Shown one piece after another: positions 10,207-20,143 of a stretch of 64,000 nt of DNA. The notes beneath the pieces are model-generated. The model worked only from the letters and a program-made list of their open reading frames with translations. It had not been told where the DNA came from and ran no database searches. The position numbers and the translations under genes were made by a program. Each line of letters begins with the position of its first letter. The stretch's first letter is position 1. The DNA lies in the NCBI GenBank assembly GCA_965205425.1, contig CBDBGZ010000005.1:96001-160000 (forward strand), in the 5' to 3' direction. This DNA comes from Nitrosopumilus sp. GTDB taxonomy: Archaea; Thermoproteota; Nitrososphaeria; Nitrososphaerales; Nitrosopumilaceae.

Positions 10207-10380
10207 ATGGTACTTCCTCTAGTTGACGAACATAAGCCAAAATGTTACCTATGCCACAAGGGATTTGAGAATGTAGATAAATTAAGAGAGCACCAAAATT
10301 CAACACATAGAGACTTTTTTGAAGAAAATGAAAAACAGAATAATCGAGAACCAGCACCTGGCGATGTTACTGTGTTTTAG
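10207..10380 (+). CDS. C2H2 zinc-finger microprotein, 57 aa (not in ORF track)
   Basis: MVLPLVDEHKPKCYLCHKGFENVDKLREHQNSTHRDFF...; C-x2-C-x3-F-x5-L-x2-H-x4-H. Confidence 0.8.
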   Translation: MVLPLVDEHKPKCYLCHKGFENVDKLREHQNSTHRDFFEENEKQNNREPAPGDVTVF

Positions 10381-10867
10381 ATTTTTGTTTTTTAACAGAT
10401 TTTAATAATTCTTGAGCAAGATCTTTTGAAATGATAGCTAAATCATAATGTTTGTCAACAGATAATGCTTTTTTAAAATGCTTGATTGCATTTGGAAGAT
10501 CACCCATTTCTCCTAAGGAGAGTCCTTTGTAAGCAAGTGCCATAGCACATTTTTTATCAATTTTTAGAGCAACATCATAACAATCTATTGCTTCTAGATA
10601 TTTTTGGTCTGAATGTAAAACCGCCCCTTTGTTTAGAAGAGCATCAAGATTATCAGGCGAGATATCAAGGGCTTTATCAAATGAACGAATAGCAAGTTTC
10701 ATTTTTCCCATATTTTGTAATGTTGCTCCCTTATCAATTAGTACACTAGCATTTTGAGGTTCTTCTTTTAATGCCAAATCATATAGTTTCAAGGCTTCAG
10801 AATAATTTCCATCTTCTACACACTCAAAAGCCTGCACTAACATCCTATCTATTTTAGAACTCACCAT
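10367..10867 (-). CDS. TPR repeat protein
   Basis: Repeated KG..L...G.Y.EA...YD.AL TPR motifs. Confidence 0.9.
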   Translation of the reverse strand: MVSSKIDRMLVQAFECVEDGNYSEALKLYDLALKEEPQNASVLIDKGATLQNMGKMKLAIRSFDKALDISPDNLDALLNKGAVLHSDQKYLEAIDCYDVALKIDKKCAMALAYKGLSLGEMGDLPNAIKHFKKALSVDKHYDLAIISKDLAQELLKSVKKQKSKTQ

Positions 10868-10943
10868 CTTTGATAATATTTTGTTAATAATATAGATTGA
10901 CTGAGGGTAAACAACAAATTCATATTAAAAAATGAATTTAAAG

Positions 10944-11171
10944 TTACGATGCATACTTGTCACGAGGTTCAATTTCAAGGGATTTGTTAAAACATTCCAT
11001 AGACTCTTCATACCTACCCAAACTACGCAACACAACTCCTTTATTATTCCATAAATCAGGATCATCTTGATTCAAAAGAAGTGCTTGTTCAAAACATCCT
11101 AAAGCGTCATCATATTTCCCATCATCCATTAAAGAATGTCCTTTTTTGACTAAATCCTCAATTTCGCTCAT
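10944..11171 (-). CDS. small TPR repeat protein
   Basis: Two TPR motifs (WNNKGVVLRSLGRYEES). Confidence 0.85.
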   Translation of the reverse strand: MSEIEDLVKKGHSLMDDGKYDDALGCFEQALLLNQDDPDLWNNKGVVLRSLGRYEESMECFNKSLEIEPRDKYAS

Positions 11172-11248
11172 AATTCAATAAAGATTCCATTTGTATTAAA
11201 TTTGAAAGTTTTTTCTTCATCATAGATAGAAAAAATTAAACAAATTTA

Positions 11249-11261
11249 CATGAATTTCATG
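11249..11261. promoter_or_regulatory. 13-bp palindrome CATGA-ATT-TCATG, candidate Lrp/FFRP site
   Basis: Perfect 5-3-5 inverted repeat 33 bp upstream of the Lrp gene start. Confidence 0.5.
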
Positions 11262-11294
11262 AAATTTTAAATAATTTTTTCACCATTATATTGT

Positions 11295-11738
11295 ATGATA
11301 CTAGATGAGACTGATGAAAAAATACTCAAAAATTTGTTAGTAGATGCAAGACAATCAGCCAGACAATTAGCTCTCAAATTAGGAATGTCCACAGTAACAG
11401 TACTATCAAGGATTAAAAAATTAGAAAAAGCAAAAATCATCAAAGGGTATACTGCAATAATTGATCATGAGAAAATTGGATATTCGCTAACTGCAATAAT
11501 TGAAATTATTGCAAAAAATGACAAAGTCATGTATATTGAAGATGAAATTTCAAAATTTGAAAATGTTTGCGGAGTGTATGACATTACAGGCTCAACAGAT
11601 ACCATAATTATTGCAAAATTCAAGGAAAGAAACGAATTAAGCAAGTTTGTAAAGGGCCTAGCATCCATCCCCAATGTGGAAAATACAATAACACATGTGG
11701 TACTAAATACGGCAAAAGAAGATTTCAGATTATCATAG
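11295..11738 (+). CDS. Lrp/AsnC family transcriptional regulator
   Basis: LDETDEKIL...DAR.S...LA HTH; YDITGSTD RAM domain. Confidence 0.95.
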   Translation: MILDETDEKILKNLLVDARQSARQLALKLGMSTVTVLSRIKKLEKAKIIKGYTAIIDHEKIGYSLTAIIEIIAKNDKVMYIEDEISKFENVCGVYDITGSTDTIIIAKFKERNELSKFVKGLASIPNVENTITHVVLNTAKEDFRLS

Positions 11739-11746
11739 GAGGAAAA

Positions 11747-12301
11747 ATGAACAACTTTAGCATTTTTGTAATTTCAGTAATTATTTTTGGAACAATTCAA
11801 ACAGCATATGCTCAAGAGAAGAATTTAGATATGGAGTTGGAAGTAACCGATGAAGAAAAAATTATTTTATTTTCAGGTTTTGCAATTGCAGTAATCGGGT
11901 TGTTTTTGTTTCTTGCAAGAGACGTTATTTTACGTAGAAAAACATCATATGATAAAGAAGGATTAGAGTCAAAAAAAGACAAAACTTTTGAAAAATATCA
12001 TTCAGACTGGGGGGACGATTATGAGGAATTGGGGAAAAGAAGGAATACCAAAGACGATAAGGAATTCAGAGAAGCGTTAAACAACAATGAACTCCCAAAC
12101 TATTATGAAATCATAGGAGTAGAAAAAAATGCAACCCAAGAAGAAATTAAAAAGAAATTCAGAGAACTAGCAAAAAAGACTCATCCAGATAAAACAAAAA
12201 AAGATTCTGAAGAAGCGATGGCAGAGCTGAATAAAGCATACGAAGTATTATCAGATAAAGAACGCAGAGACAAATATGATAAATATCTCAGAGTAGATTA
12301 A
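11747..12301 (+). CDS. membrane-anchored J-domain protein
   Basis: C-terminal J domain with HPD motif; N-terminal signal and TM segments. Confidence 0.9.
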   Translation: MNNFSIFVISVIIFGTIQTAYAQEKNLDMELEVTDEEKIILFSGFAIAVIGLFLFLARDVILRRKTSYDKEGLESKKDKTFEKYHSDWGDDYEELGKRRNTKDDKEFREALNNNELPNYYEIIGVEKNATQEEIKKKFRELAKKTHPDKTKKDSEEAMAELNKAYEVLSDKERRDKYDKYLRVD

Positions 12302-12702
12302 ACAGATTCTAATTTTACAATTATCAAACTAAGTTCAATAGATGTAGGCGTCTGAACGCTATTTGTAAGATTAGTAAAAATTTCAAGAGACATAGGAGTA
12401 TTATCATCTACAATATCAGTCGTAATTTTTAATTCACCAAATTCAGTATTTGGGCCTAACATCTTCTTTGTTAGCAACGGAACTATTGAAAGATCATTTA
12501 CTACACATTTCATTTTGTAGGCAAATTTATCAGAAAAATATACACCACCACGAGTAGTAGGTTCGTTAACAGGAATCGTGGAGTTGGTAATAGATACACT
12601 GGAAATTGGATAGGTAGCATTATTGATATAGAGTGTAAAGTTGGGGGAATTTTTTTCATTAAAACCCATTAATTTTTCCAATAAATCCTTGTTAAATGAC
12701 AT
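12298..12702 (-). CDS. hypothetical protein
   Basis: 134-aa ORF, PTTRGGVYFSD motif. Confidence 0.75.
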   Translation of the reverse strand: MSFNKDLLEKLMGFNEKNSPNFTLYINNATYPISSVSITNSTIPVNEPTTRGGVYFSDKFAYKMKCVVNDLSIVPLLTKKMLGPNTEFGELKITTDIVDDNTPMSLEIFTNLTNSVQTPTSIELSLIIVKLESV

Positions 12703-12959
12703 TCAAAAATAACCAAATCATAATTCTATTGAGTGTTTTGGTAAAATATACAACATTCAAAGTTCTTGAAACAAATAATGTCAATAATACAATGATTATT
12801 TCAGTTAGTTAGATATGAAAATTAAGACATAAAAAAAACTAATCCAAGAATCCATTAAATCAGGTAATGTCATATTTTCGTCTCCCATACTAGCACATTT
12901 TCCAATGAGTGATGGACAAAATTCAGCGGGAATGATAGGAACAGGGTAAACAATTGCTA

Positions 12960-14045
12960 TAGCGACGATCAAAAGTTCGCAAACATCTTTGCAGGATTTC
13001 TAAAGATATAATTTGCAACATCAAGCTTGAATTTTGTCACTCTGAAATATTTTGACACTGCCTTGTTCATTATTGTAAACATTGCATAATACTCTGAAAC
13101 CAACAATGCATACTTGCTTATCTTCCAGCACTGCTCTATCATGTTCTTCAAGTATGGTGATCCCTTTGGCAACCAGATTAGTTTGACATCTCTATTGTTT
13201 GCAAGGTATTCCTTTACCTTCTTTGATTTGTGAACTGATGCTCTATCTAAAATGATTGCAATCTTGCCGTATTTCTGATGCAATTCCTTTAGGTACTCTA
13301 CAAATGTCACAGCGTTGAATTTGTCATAAACTCTGAATAGTTGATTACCATTTTCTGTAATTGTACCATACACTGCCAGACTCTCATGTCGTCCTGTATA
13401 TGGAAGAAATATTCTCTTGGCAACTGGTGACCAGTACTTTTTTCCTGTTTTTGTATCCCTTACAAAGAATGCTTCATCAGCCATTGCAATTACAAATCCT
13501 TTCTTTTTTAGGCGTGAAATTCTCTTTTTGATGCGTTGCTGCCAGCTTCTCACAGCAGATATACTTGCATGGTTGATGTGATATTTTTGTGCAGTTTTTG
13601 CAGACATGCCGTATTGGTGCATTATCTTTCTGATGTGGGTTATGTGAAATTTTACTCCAGTGGAATAAAAGATACTTTGTTGCAACATTATGGGGGTAAA
13701 CAAAGTTAGCATTGCTTTTGGACATGATAGCATCCATTCGAGTCTGGGAGATTGTTCTTGGCCTACCACTTCTTGGGTGGTCGTAGAGGCCATCTATCTC
13801 AAAACGACTCGTCCATTTTCTCACCCAGCTTGTGCAGTGGTGTAATGTCTTTGCAGTGCACTGTATGTCCTTTCCATCCTTTAGAATCATCAACACTGCA
13901 AGCATCCTTACTGCAACCTTGGAGTTTTCTTTTTTGTATGCTGCTTCAAGTGATTCTAACTTGTTCATCAAATTTTACCATACATAGTGATCAAAAAGTT
14001 TTTTGTTTTGGAATAATTTAGTTCACGAACTTTATCTTTTCGCTA
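12960..14045 (-). mobile_element. IS630-family insertion sequence, copy 1, 1086 bp
   Basis: Imperfect IRs TAGCGAcgATcAAAGTTCGcaAAC / TAGCGAaaaGATAAAGTTCGtgAAC, flanking TA duplication; DEA..DRAS..IEQCW DDE. Confidence 0.92.
12969..13971 (-). pseudogene. IS630 transposase split by a 1-bp insertion
   Basis: HTH part (from 13971) and DDE part (to 12969) out of frame at ATGTCCAAAAGC, where copy 2 reads ATGTCAAAAGC. Confidence 0.85.
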
Positions 14046-14134
14046 TATCAAAAGCAAGACAAATGCAAGGATTATTCTTTTTTTTTGATGAATTCATAAT
14101 TTTATTTGTTGGATTTCATACATTACCATCTGTA

Positions 14135-14151
14135 TGTTATTTGAAATAACA
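14135..14151. promoter_or_regulatory. perfect palindrome TGTTATTT-G-AAATAACA
   Basis: 8-bp arms in a divergent intergenic region. Confidence 0.4.
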
Positions 14152-14261
14152 GTGGAAGTTCACGACTAAATTTGGGAATTCTATTGGATCTTTCTAATTA
14201 TAGTCAACAAATCTTTCAAAATACATAGATCATATTTAAAAACGCGAAATCAGATCGAATA

Positions 14262-15581
14262 ATGTTGCAACAATTTGCAAATACACATTCCATGAGAAAT
14301 GAAATTCTTAGTCTAATGGTAGAGAATGGACTAGAAGATGACTGTTATGTGGAAATGTTAGATTATACTATTGACCTTTTTGAAAGTCAAGGACTTGGAA
14401 CAGAATATTATGGATATCACAACATTAATCATGAATTAGAAGTAACATATGTCTCATTATTAGCAATAAAACAAAATAAAATTCAATTTACTGATGAGGA
14501 TATAAAATATTTGTATGTTGCAGCTTTGTTTCATGATTTTGATCCTCAAAAAAGTGTAGATAAACCTCATGAAGAAAGTGTCTTGAAATTTATTTCAGTG
14601 GATAGAAAACTTCGTCAATTAATTACAGAAGCAAATATTGATTTAGAAATTATCAAAGTTTTGATATTAAGAACAACATACCCTTGGAGTGGAGAATTAA
14701 AAAATAATGCAGAAATTCAGATCAAACAATCTTTTGATAGTTCTGACTTGACAAGAAACAATTTACCATATCAAGAACATATAATGGAAATGGGATGGTA
14801 TCTATCAGTAGTAGATAGAATTAGTGGGTATGCATTGGGAGATTTTGCAAAGGCAATGGAGAGGGCAAAAATGAATGCACATGCTCTAGCATGGAGACCA
14901 TCATTAATTGTAAGAAGTGCAGTTGCATATTTTGAAGAATTATTAAATAAAGAAACAGATATGGCAAAAGGAATTCTCAAAGTTCTTCCAAAAGAAATGA
15001 GAAAAAATTTCTTTGATACAGTATTATCATTTATGAAAATTAGACAACAAGAAATTACCATTCAAGCAAATTATTCATATGAAAATCTAAAGATGATTCC
15101 TACAATCGAGTCAATGACAACCAGAGAAGATCCCAAGTTCATAAATACACTATATGAAATATTTATGGAATTACCAACACCATTACAATTTGAAAAAGAG
15201 AATTTTGAAAAATCGGTAAAAGATCCACATGTAATTATCAATACATTAAGACTAAATGACAAAAATGGGGAAATCATAGGTTTTTCCAAAGGAGGACCTC
15301 TAGAAAACTATCAGTTACGAGAAGAGATCAGAGATGAAAATTACGGGGTAGGAAATACAATATTTTTGGAACCATTGGCACTTAAAATGGGCTACTGGGG
15401 CCTAAAAGGAGGAAGCGAGATGCGCCATATGTTCATCATGCAAGCTCATTCTATGAAATTCAAGTATCTCACAAGCTTTGCATTAAGAGATGTAATCAGA
15501 GCGAGAATAGACAAAGAACAAGCTGAATTTGTCACATTATTTGATCCTGAGAGATGGGATTACTATAGAATCAAAGTGTAG
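14262..15581 (+). CDS. HD-domain protein with extra C-terminal domain
   Basis: YHNINH...AALFHDFD...D HD signature. Confidence 0.85.
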   Translation: MLQQFANTHSMRNEILSLMVENGLEDDCYVEMLDYTIDLFESQGLGTEYYGYHNINHELEVTYVSLLAIKQNKIQFTDEDIKYLYVAALFHDFDPQKSVDKPHEESVLKFISVDRKLRQLITEANIDLEIIKVLILRTTYPWSGELKNNAEIQIKQSFDSSDLTRNNLPYQEHIMEMGWYLSVVDRISGYALGDFAKAMERAKMNAHALAWRPSLIVRSAVAYFEELLNKETDMAKGILKVLPKEMRKNFFDTVLSFMKIRQQEITIQANYSYENLKMIPTIESMTTREDPKFINTLYEIFMELPTPLQFEKENFEKSVKDPHVIINTLRLNDKNGEIIGFSKGGPLENYQLREEIRDENYGVGNTIFLEPLALKMGYWGLKGGSEMRHMFIMQAHSMKFKYLTSFALRDVIRARIDKEQAEFVTLFDPERWDYYRIKV

Positions 15582-15590
15582 ATTCGCCAC

Positions 15591-17042
15591 ATGGAAAAAT
15601 TACTTGTTAAAACACTAGAAACAAAAATTCAAGGAAAAGTATTTTCAACTAAAGAATTTAGAGATTTTTACTCAGTGGATGCAAGCTCGTATAAAATAAT
15701 TCCCAAAGTAATAGTAGTTCCAAAAAATGAAAAAGATGTCATTAATGTAGTAAAAATTGCTAAAAAAATGAAAGGTTCGGTAACTGTACGTGGTGTCGGA
15801 ACAGGATTAGTGGGCAGTGCACTAAACAACGGAATAATTTTAGATATGAAAAATTTTGATTCAGTCAGGCTTAGTAAAAATCATGTAACAGTTGGTACAG
15901 GCACGATAAAGGGGAATCTAGATATAAAATTAGAAAAACAAAAAAAATTCTTTCCTCCCAATCCTTCAATTGGTTCATTTTGTTCTGTAGGAGGAATGCT
16001 AGGAAATAATTCAAGTGGAAGTAGAAGTCTAAAGTATGGAAGTGTAATTGACAATGTTAAAGAAATTACATTCATTGATGGAGATGGAAATAAAATTACT
16101 TTACCTAAAAATGACAAAGTTTCAAAAGATATAATTAAAATTGCAAATACAACAGATTTTAAAAAATTTCCAAATGTAACTAAGAATTCATCAGGGTACA
16201 GATTAGATAAAATTAAAACAAAAAATGATTCACATAAAATTGTCATAGGATCGGAGGGAACATTAGGAATAATATTATCTGCAAAGTTAAAAATTAAAGA
16301 AAAACCAAAAAAAAGAATTCTATTCATTATAGAATACAAATCAATTTTAGATGCATCAGACAATTGTATTGAAATTAATAAAACAAAGCCATCAGCAATA
16401 GAATTTGTAGATAAAACAACTCTAGTTCAAATAGACTATAAATTTGACAGTAAAACCAAATGTTTACTGTTTATAGAATATGATGAAATGATTAATGCAT
16501 CAGAAAAGAAACTCAAATTGGTAATAACAGGTAAAATTGTTAAAAAGATTCAAACAAATACAGACATTACAAAATGGTGGCGATATAGAGATTCATCACT
16601 TCATTATAGTTTAAAATCAATTAAAAAAGAAAAACGCATTCCACATGTAATTGAAGATGCAGCAGTTCCATTGAAAAATCTTCCAAAATTATTTTTAGCA
16701 TTAAATAAAATAAATAAAAAATATAATACAAAATCAATTGTATATGGACATGCAGGAAATGGCAATGTTCACATACGTTTAATTTCAAATAAAAAAGAAA
16801 TTAAAATTATTAAAAAAATAGCAACAGAGTATTTTGAGGAGACAATAAAACTTGGTGGAACTATAACGGCAGAACACGGAGATGGACTTGCACGCTCAGA
16901 ATTTATCAAAATTCAGTATGGGGCAAAAAATTATAAAATATTTAGAAAAATCAAAAAATATTTTGATCCCGCGAATGTGCTCAATCCAGGGAAAATTATC
17001 ACTTCAAAGAGCACCATCATACAAAATCTTGAAAAATTTTAA
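15591..17042 (+). CDS. FAD-binding oxidoreductase (GlcD/D-lactate dehydrogenase-like)
   Basis: GSEGTLG, GHAGNGNVH, AEHGDG, LNPGKI. Confidence 0.92.
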   Translation: MEKLLVKTLETKIQGKVFSTKEFRDFYSVDASSYKIIPKVIVVPKNEKDVINVVKIAKKMKGSVTVRGVGTGLVGSALNNGIILDMKNFDSVRLSKNHVTVGTGTIKGNLDIKLEKQKKFFPPNPSIGSFCSVGGMLGNNSSGSRSLKYGSVIDNVKEITFIDGDGNKITLPKNDKVSKDIIKIANTTDFKKFPNVTKNSSGYRLDKIKTKNDSHKIVIGSEGTLGIILSAKLKIKEKPKKRILFIIEYKSILDASDNCIEINKTKPSAIEFVDKTTLVQIDYKFDSKTKCLLFIEYDEMINASEKKLKLVITGKIVKKIQTNTDITKWWRYRDSSLHYSLKSIKKEKRIPHVIEDAAVPLKNLPKLFLALNKINKKYNTKSIVYGHAGNGNVHIRLISNKKEIKIIKKIATEYFEETIKLGGTITAEHGDGLARSEFIKIQYGAKNYKIFRKIKKYFDPANVLNPGKIITSKSTIIQNLEKF

Positions 17043-17112
17043 AAAAATTGAGTCATCACTAAGAAAGTTCAGTGCAGAAAGGCTTTTGTAACTAAAAAAT
17101 GCCCAAAAAATC

Positions 17113-17541
17113 GTGTTAGGTAAGGGCATAGGTCTATTTACAATATTAGTGGTTACTGTAGGTATTACCCCAGCATTAGGATTGACAGAATCAGAAAGAG
17201 CATCAATTGAAGAACCCAAATTAGTTAATTCCTTTGGTGCACCTGTTGGAAATAATGTCAACGTTGATCAACAAATTCAGATTGCTTCAGATATTACAAA
17301 TAATCAAGAAATAACACAGAATTTTAATTATCTAGTACAAGTTAAAGATTCAAAAGATTTTGTTGTAAAGATTGCATGGTTTAGTGGAGAATTAAATCCA
17401 CATCAAGAATGGAATACATCAGTGTTTTGGGTTCCAGATGAATCAGGAGAATATATTGCAGAAATATTTCTGTGGGAAGGATTCCCAGTAAATCATAATG
17501 CATTATCAGAATACACGACATTACAGATCAGCGTTAGTTAG
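17113..17541 (+). CDS. exported Ig-like hypothetical protein
   Basis: Signal peptide; W.P.ESGEY.AEIFLW beta-sandwich pattern. Confidence 0.75.
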   Translation: MLGKGIGLFTILVVTVGITPALGLTESERASIEEPKLVNSFGAPVGNNVNVDQQIQIASDITNNQEITQNFNYLVQVKDSKDFVVKIAWFSGELNPHQEWNTSVFWVPDESGEYIAEIFLWEGFPVNHNALSEYTTLQISVS

Positions 17542-17735
17542 AATTTACAAAATATTTTATCAAAAAATTGTATATTTATTTAAGAAATATGAATAATTTA
17601 TTCCTAAATTGATCAAAATAACATCCGATACGAAAAAAATTGTTCTGGAACACAAAAAATGAGATCGGAGATTTGTCTAATAGTGAAAAAAATTTAACAA
17701 GTTCTCGGTAATATGACCTTGAGCCTAGTAGATTT

Positions 17736-17879
17736 ATGACAATAGGATATTGTGTTAAGTGTCGGGACAAACGAGAAATCGGCGGCCCTAAACCATACAC
17801 CATGAAAAATGGTAAACCTGCAATCAAAGGCACATGCCCAACATGCAGTACAGCCATTTTCAGAATCGGTAGAGGATAA
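17736..17879 (+). CDS. 47-aa basic zinc-ribbon microprotein (DUF5679-like; not in ORF track)
   Basis: MTIGYCVKCRDKREIGGPKPYTMKNGKPAIKGTCPTCSTAIFRIGRG*. Confidence 0.85.
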   Translation: MTIGYCVKCRDKREIGGPKPYTMKNGKPAIKGTCPTCSTAIFRIGRG

Positions 17880-17897
17880 ATTTCTCACTAGAGAAAT

Positions 17898-18149
17898 TTA
17901 GTACTGCCATTCATCAGTAAGGCCATTCCACAGGGAACGCATTGGGGATGGATCTTTTTCTATTTCTTCAGTAATTCTATTTTTCAACACAAAAAAGAAA
18001 TTCTCTAAAGCATCAATGCCCCCATCAGCAAATAATTCATGGCCAATTTCAGTAATTCTTTTGTGTTTATCAGATACTTCTGTAGAATCAGGATTCTGAA
18101 GACAAAAAGTCATCAAATCAATTAATTCCTCTTCCAACATGAAATCCAT
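17898..18149 (-). CDS. hypothetical protein
   Basis: 83-aa ORF ending LWNGLTDEWQY. Confidence 0.75.
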   Translation of the reverse strand: MDFMLEEELIDLMTFCLQNPDSTEVSDKHKRITEIGHELFADGGIDALENFFFVLKNRITEEIEKDPSPMRSLWNGLTDEWQY

Positions 18150-18206
18150 ATAATTTAGTTGGAAATTCAGTAGAATTTAGACATTTAGATTAAAAAGAAA
18201 AAGAGA

Positions 18207-18581
18207 TTATTTTAGACGTCTATAGATCTCTTTGAATTCACATGATATGTTATACGACATGTTTAGCAAATGTGCCAGTTGATTCATAGTTGTCTTATCA
18301 TGTCCCAATTGTCTTAACAAAGTCAAAGCTTTTTGTGGGGAGTTTGGAGATAAAGGACTTTGTCCAGACCATGTTTTAAAAGCATCTTCTACATCCAAAC
18401 TGAAATTCAAAACAAATTCTTTCCAATTGGGCATTGCCTTTAGAGCTTTTTCATTAAGAAGAACTTCAGACAATTCACGAAATTCATTTTTCCTATCAAG
18501 ATATAACATATCAAGAACTTGGTGAATTTTTTCTTCGCGATATTCTTCAGAATTTAACATGTACATTCCAGCAATACTCAT
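18207..18581 (-). CDS. hypothetical protein
   Basis: 124-aa ORF. Confidence 0.75.
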   Translation of the reverse strand: MSIAGMYMLNSEEYREEKIHQVLDMLYLDRKNEFRELSEVLLNEKALKAMPNWKEFVLNFSLDVEDAFKTWSGQSPLSPNSPQKALTLLRQLGHDKTTMNQLAHLLNMSYNISCEFKEIYRRLK

Positions 18582-18702
18582 GAATTACTATACTCGCAAT
18601 CAAAGATAAGTTAGATACACAATTCTCAAAAAAAGTGTTAAAAAAAATCTTTAAAAATGAACAAATGTTCAACCATTAAAAAAATAAAAAGAAAAAAAGA
18701 TC

Positions 18703-20064
18703 TTATTGGAATGGATCGATAAATGGACAGTTGACAATATGGTCACTATCCATTGGACGTGCAATACCAATGTTGATCAAACCAGCTTCGTTGTATGCGT
18801 TCATATCATCAATGGTTTCTAGTAATTGCGCATCATCTGGATTTTCCCAGCCAATCATAAAGATTCTCCACATTGGAGAATAGTTAGCATCGCCAGGAGC
18901 ACCGGCTGCAATTCCAGGTTGAAATCCTAATGGACCAGTACCTGTTAAACCATTTTTGAACTGATACAAGTCTACTGCTGCTGAATTTGCAATCAAGCTT
19001 GCAGATGTTGGTGAACTGACAACACCCATCATTCCGGCAGGGCCGCTTGGAGTAGCATCTGTTACAATGTAATAGATAGTTCTACCATCTGGACCCCATC
19101 CACGATGAGCTATGAAAGTTACATTCATCTCTTCTGTATCGATATCAAGAACTTGACCACCACCGTAAGGAGTAACATCAGTTAATGTTTTGTCTTCCTT
19201 AACCATCATTTGACCTTCAGGCCAAACAATTTGAGGCATGTTCAAAACTACATCAATTTCTGTCAATGTAATTTCATTATTCTCAGCTGCTTCTGCAACC
19301 ATTGCTTCTGAATCAAGTACTCTTGGAGTTGCATCATCATTCCACATCACATGAACATGTGAGGTCAATGCACTGTACACATCTGCTTGTGCAGGAGTAC
19401 TAGTGAATATTTGACCTTGGTATCCGTGTATACCATCGCCTTCAATGCCGTTGGTAAACAAGTATACTGTTGAAAGTGCGTCTTCAGGAGTGTTCTTCAA
19501 TAAAGGAGCAAGTTCTACTTGCCATCCTTGATTTGCAGTAATTATGTCTGCATGTGTAGGATCACTTGAATCAGTGATGATATAGTAAACATCTTCACCG
19601 TTATAGTATCCTTGATGCATAGGAATTGTTGCTGGAACATTTGCTCTTGATAATCTAAGTACAGAACCCAAGTCTGCTTCAGTTTCTTCCATAGTTTCTT
19701 TCATGTGTTCTTCTTCATGGGTTTCTTCCATAGTTTCTTCCATGTGTTCTTCTTCATGGGTTTCTTCCATAGTTTCTTCCATGTGTTCTTCTTCATGGGT
19801 TTCTTCCATAGTTTCTTCCATGTGTTCTTCAACTGGAGCTACAGGAGCGACACTACTACCTTGGTCTGCTTTCCAAGCGGCTTTACCGCCAGGATAGTTA
19901 GAGCAAAGGTCTAATCCACAGATACCGGTACTTGAACCATATTGAGAGGTTCCAGTACCTTTGCTTTTGAGGGCTTCAGCATCTGAGAAATAATCTGTCG
20001 TCATACCTGCTGTAAACAAGGGTAAAATTGCAAGGAGTGCAATGTATCTTAGACTCTTGTTCAT
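18703..20064 (-). CDS. exported protein with duplicated domain (VYYI.TD..YS..W..VNCP) and His/Met/Glu repeat linker
   Basis: Signal peptide, two similar domains (YYIITDSS / YYIVTDAT; LNMP / VNCP), tandem EEHMEETMEETHE. Confidence 0.85.
   Translation of the reverse strand: MNKSLRYIALLAILPLFTAGMTTDYFSDAEALKSKGTGTSQYGSSTGICGLDLCSNYPGGKAAWKADQGSSVAPVAPVEEHMEETMEETHEEEHMEETMEETHEEEHMEETMEETHEEEHMKETMEETEADLGSVLRLSRANVPATIPMHQGYYNGEDVYYIITDSSDPTHADIITANQGWQVELAPLLKNTPEDALSTVYLFTNGIEGDGIHGYQGQIFTSTPAQADVYSALTSHVHVMWNDDATPRVLDSEAMVAEAAENNEITLTEIDVVLNMPQIVWPEGQMMVKEDKTLTDVTPYGGGQVLDIDTEEMNVTFIAHRGWGPDGRTIYYIVTDATPSGPAGMMGVVSSPTSASLIANSAAVDLYQFKNGLTGTGPLGFQPGIAAGAPGDANYSPMWRIFMIGWENPDDAQLLETIDDMNAYNEAGLINIGIARPMDSDHIVNCPFIDPFQ
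19682..19830. repeat. 39-bp tandem repeat, ~3.8 copies
   Basis: Unit catgtgttcttcttcatgggtttcttccatagtttcttc. Confidence 0.95.
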
Positions 20065-20143
20065 AAGTGAAAAGTTATGATTTTTGTATATAATTCAATC
20101 GTTTTAGGCACATTTTTAAGGTATAATGGTAGATATTAAGTAA

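Larger units (their letters stand above)
12805..14097 (-). pseudogene. small membrane protein gene interrupted by IS630
   Basis: Removing the IS and one TA joins ...RIILAFVLLL-IAIVYPVPIIPAEFCPSLIGKCASMG...FISN*; additional +1 in the A9 run at 14078-14086. Confidence 0.6.

Noticed and set aside
17576..17888. Minus-strand ORFs of 93 and 64 aa
   Set aside because: Antisense to the more convincing 47-aa zinc-ribbon gene
19682..19914. CRISPR-like repeats and the plus-strand ORFs at 19703 and 19705
   Set aside because: Head-to-tail coding repeat without spacers; the plus-strand ORFs are antisense shadows
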